Assembly (NCBI GenBank): GCA_951406725.2
Contig: OX597824.1
Location: forward strand, 80,600,001-80,664,000
Length of the DNA: 64,000 nt
Reading direction: 5' to 3'
DNA from: Octopus vulgaris
Taxonomy: Eukaryota
Shown here: one piece after another, positions 25,641-40,732 of the stretch
How positions within the stretch are numbered: the first letter of the stretch is position 1
Layout: every line of letters starts with the position of its first letter
Notes under the pieces: generated by a model
What the model was told of the DNA's origin: nothing
Seen by the model: only the letters and a program-made list of their open reading frames with translations
Database searches by the model: none
Translations under genes and position numbers: made by a program

Positions 25641-26241
25641 AGGTTGATGTGTCACTTCAGAGGCAATGGGTTGGTGGAATTACAGAGTGTTGAACAAAAT
25701 ACCATATGCTATTTGTTCCGGCTCTTTACGTTCTGATCTCATGATTCCGCTGTGGTCAGCTTTAGCTGTCATTGTCCTGAGGTTAATAAAAGAGAATGTC
25801 AGTTCAAGAGTTGTGGATTCAAAGAATATTCAAGGATTTGAAAAAAATGCTTTGAGATATTTGTTCCGGCTTTTTCCTTTCTGAATCGCATGCAGCGAGG
25901 CTAGTATCACGCTGTACTGGCTCCTGCCTTTATAATAAACAACAGCGTTGGCGTGGAGAGGGATTCTTTACTACAATGACGACCTCTGGTTCTACATCGT
26001 GAAAACGGATTACCAAGGCGTATAACCTGGAAAAACGTATCAGATGTAGATGTCGATATATGGTTAACGTCAACTGAATGAGGCCTTAGAGATAGAGGGG
26101 ACGGATAGTGAGAAACAAACAGACAAAAAATAGGAGACAGATCAGGCAAAAGAGAAAGAGAGTGTGAGAGAGAGAAACTAAGAAAAAGAAAGCGGGAGAG
26201 AGAGAAAGGAATTGAGATAAAAGAGAGACGGAGAGTGATAG

Positions 26242-26326
<85 letters not shown>

Positions 26327-26385
26327 AGTGTGTTTTAAATGACTGCTACAACGCGATGCAGTAACAGAACTAATAAATAAATATA

Positions 26386-26780
26386 TACTCTTTTACTCTT
26401 TTACTTGTTTCAGTCATTTGACTGTGGCCATGCTGGACCACTGCCTTTAGTCGAGCAAATCGACCCTAGGACTTATTCTTTGTAAGCCTAGTACTTATTC
26501 TATCGGTCTCTTTTGCCGAACCGCTAAGTTTCGGGGACGCAAACATACCAGCATCGGTTGTGAAGCGATGCTGGAGAACAAACACAGACACACACATATA
26601 CATATACACATATATACGACGGGCTTCTTTCAGTTTCCGTCTACCATATCCACTCACAAGGCATTGGTCGGCTCGAGGCTATAGTAGAAGACACTTGCCT
26701 AAGGTGCCACGCATTGGGACAGAACCCGGAACCATGTGGTTGGTAAGCAAGCTGCTTACCACACAGCCACTCCTACGCCT
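26386..26780 (-). mobile_element. SINE family B
   Basis: Full-length reverse copy. Confidence 0.9.
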
Positions 26781-26897
26781 ATGTATGAATATTTTGGAGT
26801 CCTCGAACCCTTGTTTTGGTTTATATCAAGACACGGATTATCGCAGGAATCATTCTCAGTTAACTTGATGCCTTTTTTCCTATATCTAGCTATATAT

Positions 26898-27063
26898 AGG
26901 CGCAGGAGTGGCTGAGAGGTAAGTAGCTTGCTAACCAACCACATGGTCCCGGGTTCAGTCCCACTGCGAGGCATCTTGGGCAAGTGTCTTCTGCTATAGC
27001 CCCGAGCCGACCAATGCCTCGTGAATGGATTTGGTAGACGGAAACTGAAAGAAGCCTGTCGTA

Positions 27064-27098
<35 letters not shown>

Positions 27099-27344
27099 GC
27101 GTGCATGTGTGTGTGTGTGTGTGTGTGTGTGTATTTGTGCGTCTGTGTTTGTCCCCCTAGCATTGCTTGACAACCGATGGTGGTGTGTTTACGTCCTCGT
27201 CACTTAGCGGTTCGGCAAAAGAGACCGATAGAATAAGTACTGGGCTTACAAAGAATAAGTCCCGGGGTCAATTTGCTCGACAAAAGGCGGTGCTCCAGCA
27301 TGGCCGCAGTCAGATGACTGAAACAAGTAAAAGAGTAAAAGAGT
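26898..27344 (+). mobile_element. SINE family B
   Basis: ggcgcaggagtggctg..ggttcagtccc head through the aaaagagt tail. Confidence 0.9.
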
Positions 27345-27489
27345 ATTAAGACAGATATGAAGAATTTTTAAAATGAATGATCTAATAAATATAATATCTT
27401 GGAAGTGTGACATGTCCCAACAAGAAGAAATGAAGGGGATTCATTGTGGTTTAGTCGCTTCGAATGTTATCTCTTTACTCGTTTTACTC

Positions 27490-27926
27490 ACTTTTACTCT
27501 TTTACTTGTTTCAGTCATTTGACTGCGGCCATGCTGGAGCACCGTCTTTAGTCGAGCAAATCGACCCCAGGACTTATTTGTAAGCCTAGTACTCATTCTA
27601 TCGGTTTGTAAGCCGATATTTGTAAGCCTAGTACTTATTCTATCGGTTTCTTTTGCTGAACCGCTAAGTTATGGGGACGTAAACACACCAGCATCGGTTG
27701 TTATGCGATGTTGGGGGACGGGGACAAACACAAACACAAAAACATCTACACATACATATATACGACGGGTTTCTTTCAGTTCCCGCCGACCAAATCCACT
27801 CATAAGTCTTTGGTCGGCCCGAGGCTGTAGTAGAAGATACTTGCCCAAAATGCCATGCAGTGTGACTGAACCCGGAACCATGTGGTTGGTAAGCAAGCTA
27901 CTTACTACACAGCCACTCCTACGCCT
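27490..27926 (-). mobile_element. SINE family B with a short internal duplication
   Basis: Reverse copy; tttgtaagcctagtact..ttctatcggttt is duplicated. Confidence 0.9.
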
Positions 27927-27958
27927 ATAACTATTAAATCTTCATTAATCCACCCCAT

Positions 27959-28335
27959 AGGCGCAGGAGTGGCTGTGTGGTAAGTAGCTTGCTAACCAAC
28001 CACACGGTTGCGGGTTCAGTCCCACTGCGTGGCATCTTGGGCAAGTGTCTTCTGCTATAGCCCCGGGCCAACTAATGCCTTGTGAGTGGATTTGGTAGAC
28101 GGAAACTGAAAGAAGCCTGTCGTATATATGTATATATATGTATATGTGTGTGTGTTTGTGTGTCTGTGTTTGTTCCCCTAGCATTGCTTGACAACCGATG
28201 CTGGTGTGTTTACGTCCCCGTAACTTAGCGGTTCGGCAAAAAGAGACCGATATAATAAGTACTAAAGGTGGTGCTCCAGCATGGCCGCAGTCAAATGACT
28301 GAAACTAGTAAAAGAGTAAAAGAGAGTAAGAGAGA
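27959..28335 (+). mobile_element. SINE family B with an internal deletion
   Basis: Forward copy lacking the gggcttacaaagaataagtcc segment. Confidence 0.9.
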
Positions 28336-28729
28336 GTTTGTCTTAAGAAAGTGAGATTATATAATATAGTCTGAGATTCACGATTTATAGAAGAAAAATA
28401 ATTAAAACGACGGGATTAGCTCGGTTACAATCACTTTGACCATAGAAGTATTTGATCAGAGTTAACTTTGAGCTAAACAGCAGTGTAATAGAATATGCTC
28501 TCAGCAGATGTGAACATGCAGCTTGTGCCTTGTTTTGTCTTTTGGGCCGTTGTGATAGACGGCATGTATCGGGAATATAAAAAATTTGATGGAGCCAGTT
28601 CTACTGCAAGTCTGGACAAACCTGACTTTATCCTTACTGTTTCCTTTCATACTCGCCCTTACTTCTATTCCTTCCTCCTTTTTCCCTCCCTCCCATTCTT
28701 CCTTTCTGAACAATGGAGAGAGATAGAGA

Positions 28730-28788
<59 letters not shown>

Positions 28789-29105
28789 TGTGTGTGTGTG
28801 TGTATGAATTATCGAATCACTTAGATATTGAAAATGTGTAGCGGTTTTTCATTGAATTTATCAGATGAAGGAGAGGGTGAGAGGTAATCGTTAACTTTTT
28901 AGGTCCTTGTTTCAATGTCCTCAGAAAGAGAGAAATGGCTGCAAGCAAAATTTCATAGGGTATGCTTCTGTCGAAATATAAGCGGATGAGGTGTTTAATA
29001 CAGGGTTTTATTCTCCTGTTGTTCGTATTGATGATAAACCTGTTTAGCTCCGAGTTGGCCTCTGATACAAAGAATTAAAAAAATACAGTCCTAATGCCAC
29101 GTTTA

Positions 29106-29419
29106 GAGGCGCAATGGCCCAGTGGTTATGGCAGCGGACACGCGGTCGGAGGATCGTGGTTTCGATTCCCAGACCGTGCGCCGTGTGTATTTATTGAGCA
29201 AAAGCACCCAAAGCTCCACGAGGCTCCGGCAGGGGATGGTGGTGACCCCTGTTGTACTCTTTCGCCACAACTTTCTCTCACTCTTTCTTCCTGTTTCTTG
29301 GGTAACGCTGCGATGGACTGGCGTCCCATCCAGATGCAGGGAACACATACGCCACTGAAACCGGGAAACCGGACCCATGAGCCTGGCTAGGCTTGAAAAG
29401 GGCACATGAATAAAAAAAA
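29106..29419 (+). mobile_element. SINE family C, tail type 1
   Basis: Family C head, gctgcgatggactggcgtcccatccag tail and A-rich end. TSD at[g/a]ccacgttta. Confidence 0.9.
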
Positions 29420-30040
29420 ATACCACGTTTAATAAATTTAAGTTGCTTTCCAACTTTTTTATACTTGTCCAGCATCAGGGAAAATAAAGAATCAGATACA
29501 AAGAAAATCTGTTTTGTCTACTTGTTTCTAAATGGCTGGGGTAGCAAAAATTTTAAGTAACATTTTTGTGAAAGTGGGTTACCTTATATTCGTCATTTAT
29601 ATAACCATCGACCAAGAGCTAGCGCATGGCCCTTTAGGACACACCTATACGAATTATGCGAGCGCGTAATTATTTGGGCATATAATTAACTGGAGTGGCA
29701 TGAATCCTTCACTAACCCACAAAGGCCTTATATTGCTAGTATCTCCAATCTAACCACTACTGTAGCAATATGTCTTATGATCTTTGATAAAACCAAAAAA
29801 TTGTCATTCTACTGCCAACAACTATACATCCTCTTGCTCTCAGATCCCTAATTCGTAAACCTATACTGTAACCCTAAACAATTGACCCATTGTGATTGCT
29901 TCTCAAATGGTCCATTTGATCCCATAATTCGTGGCATGAAGAGTAGTTACATCTTGATGTAGCTCAAGCGCAATCAGTTATGCTACTAAAGAATTGCCAA
30001 GTATCTTAAGTAGGGATCGGCAATATTTTCTCTATCAGCA

Positions 30041-30358
30041 ATCTTGGGCAAGTGTCTTCTGCTATAGCCCCGGGCCGACCAATGCCTTGTGAGTGGATTT
30101 GGTAGACGGAAACTGAAAGAAGCCTGTCGTATATATGTATATATATATATGTGTGTGTTTGTGTGTCTGTGTTTGTCCCCATAGCATTGTTTGACAACCG
30201 ATGCTGGTGTGTCACTGAGCGGTTCGGCAAAAGAGACCGATAGAATAAGTACTTACAAAGAAAACGTCCCGGGGTCGATTTGCTCGACTAAAGGCGGTGC
30301 TCCAGCATGGCCGCAGTCAAATGACTGAAACAAGTAAAAGAGATAAAAGAGAAAGAGA
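30041..30358 (+). mobile_element. SINE family B, 5'-truncated
   Basis: Starts at atcttgggcaagtgtc. Confidence 0.85.
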
Positions 30359-30444
30359 TATCATATGCTATATATTAAAATATTTCTTTATATCCATTTT
30401 CTAATTTCCATATAGAAAATACATAGTATTTTCTATGTTTTTCT

Positions 30445-31850
30445 ACTTTCAGTCATTAGACTGCGGCCAGGCTGGAGCCATGCCCTAAGAAATTTAGTGT
30501 AGCAAATGGCAGTCAGTATTTATTGTTGAAGTCCGGGTCTTGTTCCGTTGGTTTATTTAGAGGAACCGTTAAGTTACGGGGGCGTTAACAAGCAAACATT
30601 AGTTGTCAAGCTTTGGAGTAAGAAGCACACACACACAAACGCAGAAACAAAGACAAACACTCACACACGCGCACACACACACACACACACACACAAACAC
30701 AGACACGAAGACAAACACTCACACACACACACACACACACAAACACAGTCACGAAGACAAACACTCACATACACACACGCACACACATACACACGCACAA
30801 ACACAGACACGAAGACAGACACTCACATACACACACGCACACACACACACACACACAAACACAGAAACAAAGACAAACACTCACACACACACACACACAA
30901 ACACGAAGACAAACACTCACATATACACACACACACACACACACAAACACAGACACGAAGACAGACACTCAAACACACACACGCACACATATACACAAAC
31001 ACAGACACGAAGACCAAAACTCACACACACATGCACACACACTCACAAGCGCAGACATAACGTCAAACGCTCACACACACACGCACGCACACATACACAA
31101 TCACAGACACGAAAACAAACATTCACACACACACACACACACACACAAACACAGACACGAAGACAAACACTCACACACACACACATACACATAAATCCGC
31201 GCCAGCGCGCAAACACACACATACATACAAAAACGCATAGAAACATGAACACGCACACACACAAATGCGCATATACTCACAAAAACATATAGACGATGGA
31301 CTTACACATTGTTTCCTCCTACGAATTCATTCTCCAGGCATTGGTCGGCTCGGGGCTATAATTGAATGTTACGGGAAGCACTCCGTCGGTTACGACGATG
31401 AGGGTTCCAGTTGATCCGAATCAACGGAACAGCCTGCTCGTGAAATTAACGTGTAAGTGGCTGAGCACTCCACAGACACGTGCACCCTTAACGTAGTTCT
31501 CGGAGATATTCAGCGTGACACAGAGAGTGACAAGGCCGGCCCCTTGAAATACAGGTACAACAGAAACAGGAAGTAAGAGTGAGAGAAAGTTGTGGTGAAA
31601 GAGTACAGCAGGGATCACCACCATCCCCTGCCGGAGCCACGTGAAGCTTTTAGGTGTTTTCGCTCAATAAACACTCACAACGCCCGGTCTGTGAATCGAA
31701 ACCGCGATCCTATGACCGCGAGTCCGCTGCCCTAACCACTGGGCCATTGCGCCTCCACAGTTGAATACACATGCCAAAGGGCACACTCACTGGAACTGGA
31801 TCCAAAACCAAGTGGTTACAAAGCAACCACTTTAATGACATAGCCATAAC
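30445..31850 (-). mobile_element. Old SINE B-like copy split by an expanded CA-rich minisatellite (30625-31200) and a nested SINE C
   Basis: Degenerate tail at 30445-30615, mid part at 31290-31366, head part at 31760-31850. Confidence 0.65.
31373..31758 (-). mobile_element. SINE family C, tail type 3, full length
   Basis: Head gtggaggcgcaatggcccagtgg; tail ...gaactacgttaagggtgcacgtg...cgtaaccgacggagtgcttcc. Short TSD-like ttgaat on both sides. Confidence 0.9.
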
Positions 31851-32214
31851 AAAAAAAAAAAATGACCCACAAATGATTTAACTTTAAAAAACGTTTACAA
31901 AATGACCCTCACAAAGGTCCAGTGGTCCACTCACTGACGGCAGACCACTTGTTGCTGATCTACGATATAAAGTATAACAGAACGTAACCATCTTTGTTTT
32001 GCCTTCCAGTATGTTAATGTGTCTTTCCAGTATGTTAACGTTAATGTCTTCATCTCCTAAGACATCAAACTATTTAATTTGAATTAAAAAGAGACTTAGC
32101 ACATATATTCCCAGCGGATCAAGTGACCCCCACTGAAACGTACTCGATGACCCGTGCAGATGTGTGTATGTGTGTAAGTTTGTATTGAATATCGTGTGGA
32201 TATGAGGAAGTGGG

Positions 32215-32386
32215 TATAAACACACACACAGACACAGACACACAGACACACACAGACACACACACGCACATATATATGAGAATATATACGCGTGCATTCA
32301 AGTATGCACGCAAGTACGGGATTGGATATGTATGTGCATGTTTGTGTTCCTATGTATACGTGTGTCTGTGTATATATATATAAATA

Positions 32387-32438
<52 letters not shown>

Positions 32439-32542
32439 TATATACATATATATATTTATATATATATATATAATATATATATATATGTATATATATATAT
32501 ACATATATATGTATATATATATATGTATATATGTATGTATAT

Positions 32543-32579
<37 letters not shown>

Positions 32580-33009
32580 AACACACAATCACACATATAT
32601 ACATAAACACACATTTATATAAAAATACGCTCAATTATCTATATATATATTTACATATATACACACACATATATATTTACATATATACACACTATATATA
32701 TTTACATATATACACACACACATATATATAGAAATACATTCGCTTGTTGCACGGAATTCTTCTTATCTTTTTTTTTCGTTTTCTGTCAAGTCCCGACAAT
32801 TATTTCATCCTGTGAGAGTTTAATAAGTACAGAAGGTACTTCCGTTACGACGGAAGAGCAAATTACTCATTAAGCAAACGAACAGATGCTGGCAAAAATC
32901 GAACGGACGACAGCGATTGATCTCAAGATATAAGTGCAATAGCGTTCCCCGATACCAACGGGAGGCAATCAAGTATACACATACGTACATGCGTACATAC
33001 ATACATACA

Positions 33010-33043
<34 letters not shown>

Positions 33044-33254
33044 CAAGCATACAAACATACATACATACATACATACATACATGCATACATACATACATAC
33101 ATACATACATACATACATACATACATACACACATATACATAGATACATACATACAAGCATACATACATACATACATACATACATACATACATACATACAT
33201 ACATACATACACACATACATATATACATGCATACACTCACAGATACGGACATTC

Positions 33255-33296
<42 letters not shown>

Positions 33297-33538
33297 ATCT
33301 CTTTCTCTCTCCATCTCCCCCTCTCACTCTTATTCTCTCTATATATATATGTATACATTATATACATCTACACACATATGTACATTGTATATAGTTGGTA
33401 TATACTATTAACAAAGTATGCGTACATATATGTAGGTATGTATGTGGGTATGTATGTGGGTATCTGTGCGTATAAATATGTCTATTCATATATACGCACA
33501 TGTCTATATGTATGTATGTATTTTTGTATGTATGTATG

Positions 33539-33570
<32 letters not shown>

Positions 33571-34305
33571 CATGTATGTCTATATTATGTGTGTATGTAC
33601 ATGCGTATGCTTATGTACGTATGTATAAATATGTGTCTGTATGTGTATGTATATCTATGTATGTATGTATGTATTATGTATGTATGTATTATGTATGTAT
33701 GTATATATGTGTGTATGTATGTATGTATGCATGTGTCTCTCTCTCTATATATATATACACATGCATACAAAGATATATGTAGCCCAGTGTTAGCTTCTCT
33801 TTTATCGATGTTTCAATAGATTCAATAAAAGGCAATTACCCGTAGGCCAGTTTTCTTTTAAACACGCACGAACAATCACAAATATTAACACACTTACATC
33901 TATGTATATATACGTATATATATGTAAGTACGTATGAATAATTATACCCGTTTGTATGTATGCATGAATAATGTATGCATGTATGTATGCATGTATGTGC
34001 GTGTGTATGTTTGTAAGCACGCAATATGTGTATGCCTGGATGTAAATATATTTATATATATATATGTGTGTGTGTGTGTATCAGTGTTTGTGTTTGTATT
34101 TGGAGTTGTAATATCCAAGACTTCGATCAAAGTCGTACATAAATGTTTAACACTGTCTGCTTCATATCAAAGTAACAATGATTGTCGGAGTGTGTTTCAT
34201 AAAATATGCATACATTTATACACAGGTATGCCTGCATATATATATATATATATAAGTATATATATATACATATATGTACATATATACACATATATATACA
34301 TACAA

Positions 34306-34343
<38 letters not shown>

Positions 34344-34580
34344 GTATATATATATATATACATATATATACATATACATATATGTATATATATACATATA
34401 TATTAATATGCGTATGTATGTATATATATATACGTATACGTATCCACTTACACACAAGTAAATGCAAACAACCATCAGAAACAAAAACATGTAAACCCAC
34501 ACGCACACACGCACACGTACACACTCAAGCACACATACAGACACACTCAGGTACACGCACACTCACACACACAAATACAC
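32215..34580. repeat. Compound TA/TACA/TATG microsatellite field
   Basis: Direct inspection. Confidence 0.9.
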
Positions 34581-34980
34581 AGAGGGCTAATCCGTACAAT
34601 TCTACGTAAACGTATTAAGACCAACTCGATTCTTTTGAAATTATAAAGAAACAAGATGGCTGTTTTCTGAACATTTTCAGTTGAGGCCTGGGGGACCAAA
34701 GCGGTCAGGTTCTTGGTATGAAATTGTTAGACAGACATCAAAGTCTACCCTAATAATTCAAGCACCTTTTAAAGGGGTTTTCTTATTCATTTTATTACAC
34801 ACCAATATGATTAATAATACAACACAACAAACAATTTTCGTAATGTTTTCGCATTCTTCAACAAGAATACATAATTTGGTTCTATTCTTTCCATTTCATT
34901 CATACATACATTCATATATATATATATCCTCCGGCTGCACCTTTCCTACCTACGGATCACTGTGGACTCTACTCTCTCTC

Positions 34981-35037
<57 letters not shown>

Positions 35038-35069
35038 CCTTGTTTCTTTCTGTGTTTCTTTTCTGTGTA

Positions 35070-35107
35070 TCTTTCTGTTGAAGAGCGTAGGCTCGAAACG
35101 TAAAAGA
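35070..35107 (+). ncRNA. Ultra-minimal hammerhead-like motif (variant CTGTTGA core) in a (TA)n-flanked element spanning 35033-35207
   Basis: TCTTT-CTGTTGA-A-GAGC(gtag)GCTC-GAAA-CG-TA-AAAGA. Confidence 0.6.
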
Positions 35108-35262
35108 CTTGTTTTATTTATATTCCTGAGCGCCATACTAATACAATTGTTTGTTTGTATTCCACCTGCCTTCGTCTTTTGTTTATTTTCATAAAGCTTC
35201 CCGTTACATATATTTATATATATATATATATATATATATCACGCATCCATTTCAAGTCTCTG

Positions 35263-35297
<35 letters not shown>

Positions 35298-35335
35298 CTG
35301 TAGCAATCTATCCATCTATCTATCAATCATCTCTT

Positions 35336-35583
35336 GTGAAAGGTAGGAGAGTCCAGTTTGCTGGACATTGTTGTAGAGCTGAAAAAGAACTAATTTCTCC
35401 TCTTCTCCTCTGGAAGCCATCTACTCGCAATACCAGAGGGTGCACACTCTCCTACCCTGATGTAATCTCCAGGGATACAGGCATCCTGCAACAGGACCTC
35501 CGTATTGCCATGATGGACCGTGAAGTCTGGTGTAGTATGGTAAATTCCATTGTCTCGACCACGGTCGAACAATGATGATGATG

Positions 35584-35585
<2 letters not shown>
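35336..35585 (+). mobile_element. RTE-type LINE 3' end with a (TGA)n tail
   Basis: RRVQFAGHCCRAEKELISPLLLWKP...LSYPDVISRDTG...DLRIAMMDREVW, then tgatgatgatga. Confidence 0.8.
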
Positions 35586-35649
<64 letters not shown>

Positions 35650-36052
35650 GTATCTTTCTGTCTGTCTGTCTGTCTGTCTGTATATCTATGCGTATGTATG
35701 TACGTATGAACATTTATTCATGTATAATGAAAGATGAACAAATTAAATAGAGTAAGGCAAATCAACAACAAATCATACTGCCTGTTTGGCTGGAAAGAAA
35801 ACTCGAAAACCTCAGACAGATAAACCATACAGATTTAGCGGGCAAGGTTAAGCTAAAAGGATATTTCACTGTTATCGGGTATTTCGTAAATAAAAAATAT
35901 ATATATAAAGAATTATATATGAAGTTAATGTGACATAATTATAGTAATAGTGATGTAATGGATGAATAATTGGGGTATTACTATTCGTATTTCGGTAGTC
36001 GAAATTTATTAATATTAACGTATCACGTCATACATCTTGGCGTCATACATCT

Positions 36053-36933
<881 letters not shown>

Positions 36934-37402
36934 TGTATGTATGTATGTATGTATGTATGTATGTATGTATGTATGTATATGTATATATATATATAAATCG
37001 AATCGAAAAGATAGTAGGAGAACATGTTTACATTTATTAGAATTAACTGCCTTAAAAGATTTAGGATAACTAGATTAATTGTAAAGCAGCAGTTAATTTA
37101 AAATATACGAAATAATTTGATAAATGGAACAAGTATCTTTGCTTTTGTTAAGTAACTTAATATTTATAACGGGTAATATATTTTAAATGGAAGGATATGT
37201 ACGCAAACATTGCATTTAATGGCATTCAATCTTGTGGGGGAGTGGAAGTGTGGAGATAACAGGTGGAGGTTAATTGCGGAATATTGATTTTGGAGAGCTG
37301 ATAATTTATAATGATTTGGAAAGGTTGCGTGCACAGACAGACGCACTCACACACATATCCCTCCCTCAGACATACTTACAAACACGCACACATATGTTTA
37401 TC

Positions 37403-37477
<75 letters not shown>

Positions 37478-37582
37478 GTATTTATCTATCTATGTATCTA
37501 TCTATCTATCTATCTTTCCTTCCTTCTTTCTTTCTTTCTATGTATGTAGGTATGTATGTATGTATGTATGTATGTATGTATG

Positions 37583-37615
<33 letters not shown>

Positions 37616-38249
37616 GTGTATCTCTGCCTCTTTGCAAGCGTACATACATAAATACATACACACACAGATATACAAACACGCACATACACACATATATAGT
37701 TACATATATATGTAGATTTATACATAGATATATACACATATATACGTATATACACATATCTATCTACAAATCTATATGTATATAGTTACGTATGCATGTA
37801 TGTCTATGTGTGGCGAGCATGTGTGTGTATGTGTGTGTCTATATGTGTGTGTATAATGACATTTTTCAAAATCCCCAAGGTAGAGTCGGGGTAGAACACC
37901 TGCGCTCTAACAATGTGTACAGATACACACGTGTATACTAGACTAAGTACGGAATTTTTCCTCCATTTACGTTTACATTCACAAGTATGGATCAAATATA
38001 CAACGTATACACAAAAGCACACCGGAATACACTCTGGTACGCTTTCCACGGTCCATTGTAACCTCAAGATCCAGTGCAGGGAAGGTCCTGTGTGTAATGA
38101 AGTATAAACAATAAAACAGATGGAGGTTCCCTACAGCCGTTTCAAGCACGTTATTTATTGATGAACAAAACTATTACGTCATGTAAAAAATGCTTTCTTC
38201 ATGTGAAGTAAGAGTAAAATTTAACATTTAGCAGCTCTCGGGCAATTCA

Positions 38250-38563
38250 AACCCAGGACTTATTCTTCATAAGCCTTGTACTTATTCTATCGGTCTCTCA
38301 TGCCGAACCGCTAAGTGACGGGGACGGAAACACACCAGCATCGATTGTCAAGCGATGTTGGGGGAACAAACACAGACACATAAACATATATATATATATA
38401 CGACGGGCTTCTTTCAGTTTCCGTCTACCAAATCCACTCACAAGGCTTTGGTCGACCCGAGGCTATAGTAGAAGACACTTGCCCAGGCTGTCACGCAGTA
38501 GGACTGAAACCGGAACCATGTGGTTGGTAAGCAAGCTACTTACCACACAGCCACTCCTGCGCC
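38250..38563 (-). mobile_element. SINE family B, 3'-truncated
   Basis: Head at 38563; the tail is missing. Confidence 0.85.
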
Positions 38564-38565
38564 TA

Positions 38566-38940
38566 CATATGGAAAGTAATGGAGGGTCTGGCTCCCCATT
38601 TCGGGATTGAAATCCCCGAAACAACCCCCGAAAAAGACGGCACTATACAGTACCAAATGTCTCATTTTCTCCATCGAGAATCCGAACCCAATATTGTAAT
38701 AGCTCGGGATTCAAGGGACAACAGATTTTTATTGCCCTATCACAGAACATCAGGGATCTACGAGGTGTATCCATGGAAGTCTTCGAAACGCGTCTTGACA
38801 TTTTATAATCTGCAATACCGGATGAGCCCACATCGCGGTAGAAGGCACAACGAAAAGCGGTTATGTCCAGCTCGCTACTTTACCAGAAGCGATGCTGAAC
38901 AATTTCCCGGATGCAAGAAAGGTGGTGCACCAACATAGAC
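38566..38940 (+). mobile_element. CR1/L2-group LINE ORF2 C-terminal remnant
   Basis: WKVMEGLAPHFGIE/RRHYTVPNVSFSPSRIRTQYCNSSGFKGQQIFIALSQNIRDLRGVSMEVFETRLDIL*SAIPDEPTSR*..SSSLLYQ. Confidence 0.75.
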
Positions 38941-39020
38941 TCGCAAACGATAAAAGATAAACCAGTAAAATATATAAGATAAAAGATATATATATTATAT
39001 ATAATACATAACATATATAC

Positions 39021-39119
<99 letters not shown>

Positions 39120-39141
39120 TATATATATGTATATATATATG

Positions 39142-39188
<47 letters not shown>

Positions 39189-40392
39189 GCTTGTGTGCGT
39201 GTAAGTGTATTATTCGGCAATAAATTCTTAGAGAGAATACCTCGAGTACGTGTGTGCTGGATACTCAGTACTCATGTACAACCATGTCTTGCAAAACCTT
39301 CGATTAACTTAGATTAACGATGATGACAACGGATTACGCTTCTGTATTCTGGTGTTTGGAATCTAAGTAGAATAATCAAAGAAATGGCTCTAATAATACC
39401 AGCCAATGTTGAGTGTAGTTAAAAGAGAAACACGTCTTTGAGGACAGTTGATGAATGTAAAGTCAATTGATGACACATTTTTATGTAGCTAAATCATTTC
39501 AGCTAAGCTAATCCAATTCAGTTCGTAAGATTTGTAGATGATTTCTAAGCTAAATATGCGAGATTTTTCTGTACGTTATAAAGAAATTGTGGAGAAAAGA
39601 ATAGATCGGAAATATAATAAATTGTACATCATGAGAGTATTGTAGTTCGCTTGAAGCATTGTGTATTGTTTGTAAAGAATAAAATGTTTCGAATGGTACA
39701 ACAATGTCCTATAATACAGACAATGGGCTTTATACCTATTGTAATTTAAGCATCCATAATCTGATAATATTTAAGAATAAACTTCCTTCCTCAGATATCC
39801 CTAGGAGCTGATGGAGTCGCTGCTATAGTCGGTTTTCTAACGGCTTTAGTACATTATAATAAGGCAAATTTAGTGTGAATTAGAATATACTTTCGATAAA
39901 ACACTAGATTGCAAAGTCTGGATGTGTAATCTGTTTAGTTACCAAAAGACTGAAGAATTATCTTTTATGAAGTTAACTACGGTAAAACACATTTAATGAA
40001 ATTTGATAATTTGGTTTAAAACTAAATTTGAAGTTGTTTGTCCAATAGTTATTTAATTATATTATATAATTGATGGTGGGTCATTAATTCAATCTAAAGT
40101 AACGGAATTAAACATATCTATAAAATCTTGTAGCCTTTTTAGATTCAAAGTTCTGTGTTTATCAGTTCTGTTGTGTATTGTCTATTATGAATGATCGTGA
40201 TTTCATGATTAAAAGATAAAATGGTTACTATATTGTAAATACGTTGTTGTTTATAGTGAAAATGAAATTTATGTTGATTTTGTCTGAGAAAAGGTGTGAA
40301 CACTCTGGGATATGATGCTTAGTGGGGAGTGTAATTTTCAAGGGATAAGAGTAACTTGAAATTATTACACATTTTGATCTTTAAATTGTTAC

Positions 40393-40732
40393 GAATCAAC
40401 GGAACAGCCTGCTCGTGAAATTAACGTGTAAGTGGCTGAGCACTCCACAGACACGTGTACCCTTAACGAAGTTCTCGGGGATATTCAGCGTGACACAGAG
40501 AGTGACAAAGCCGGCCCTTTGAAATACAGGTACAACAGAAACAGGAAGTAAGAGTGAGAGAAAGTTGTGGTGAAAGAGTACAGCAGGGATCACCACCATC
40601 CCCTGCCGGAGCCTCGTGGAGCTTTAGGTGTTTTCGCTCAATAAACACTCACAACGCCCGGTCTGGGAATCGAAACCGCGATCCTATGACCGCGAGTTCG
40701 CTGCCCTAACCACTGGGCCATTGCGCCTCCAC
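40393..40732 (-). mobile_element. SINE family C, tail type 3, flanked by a 57-bp direct duplication
   Basis: 40336-40392 equals 40733-40789 with one mismatch. Confidence 0.9.

Noticed and set aside
38579-38938. 119-aa ORF as a host gene
   Set aside because: It is a frameshifted reading of a CR1/L2-group LINE remnant.
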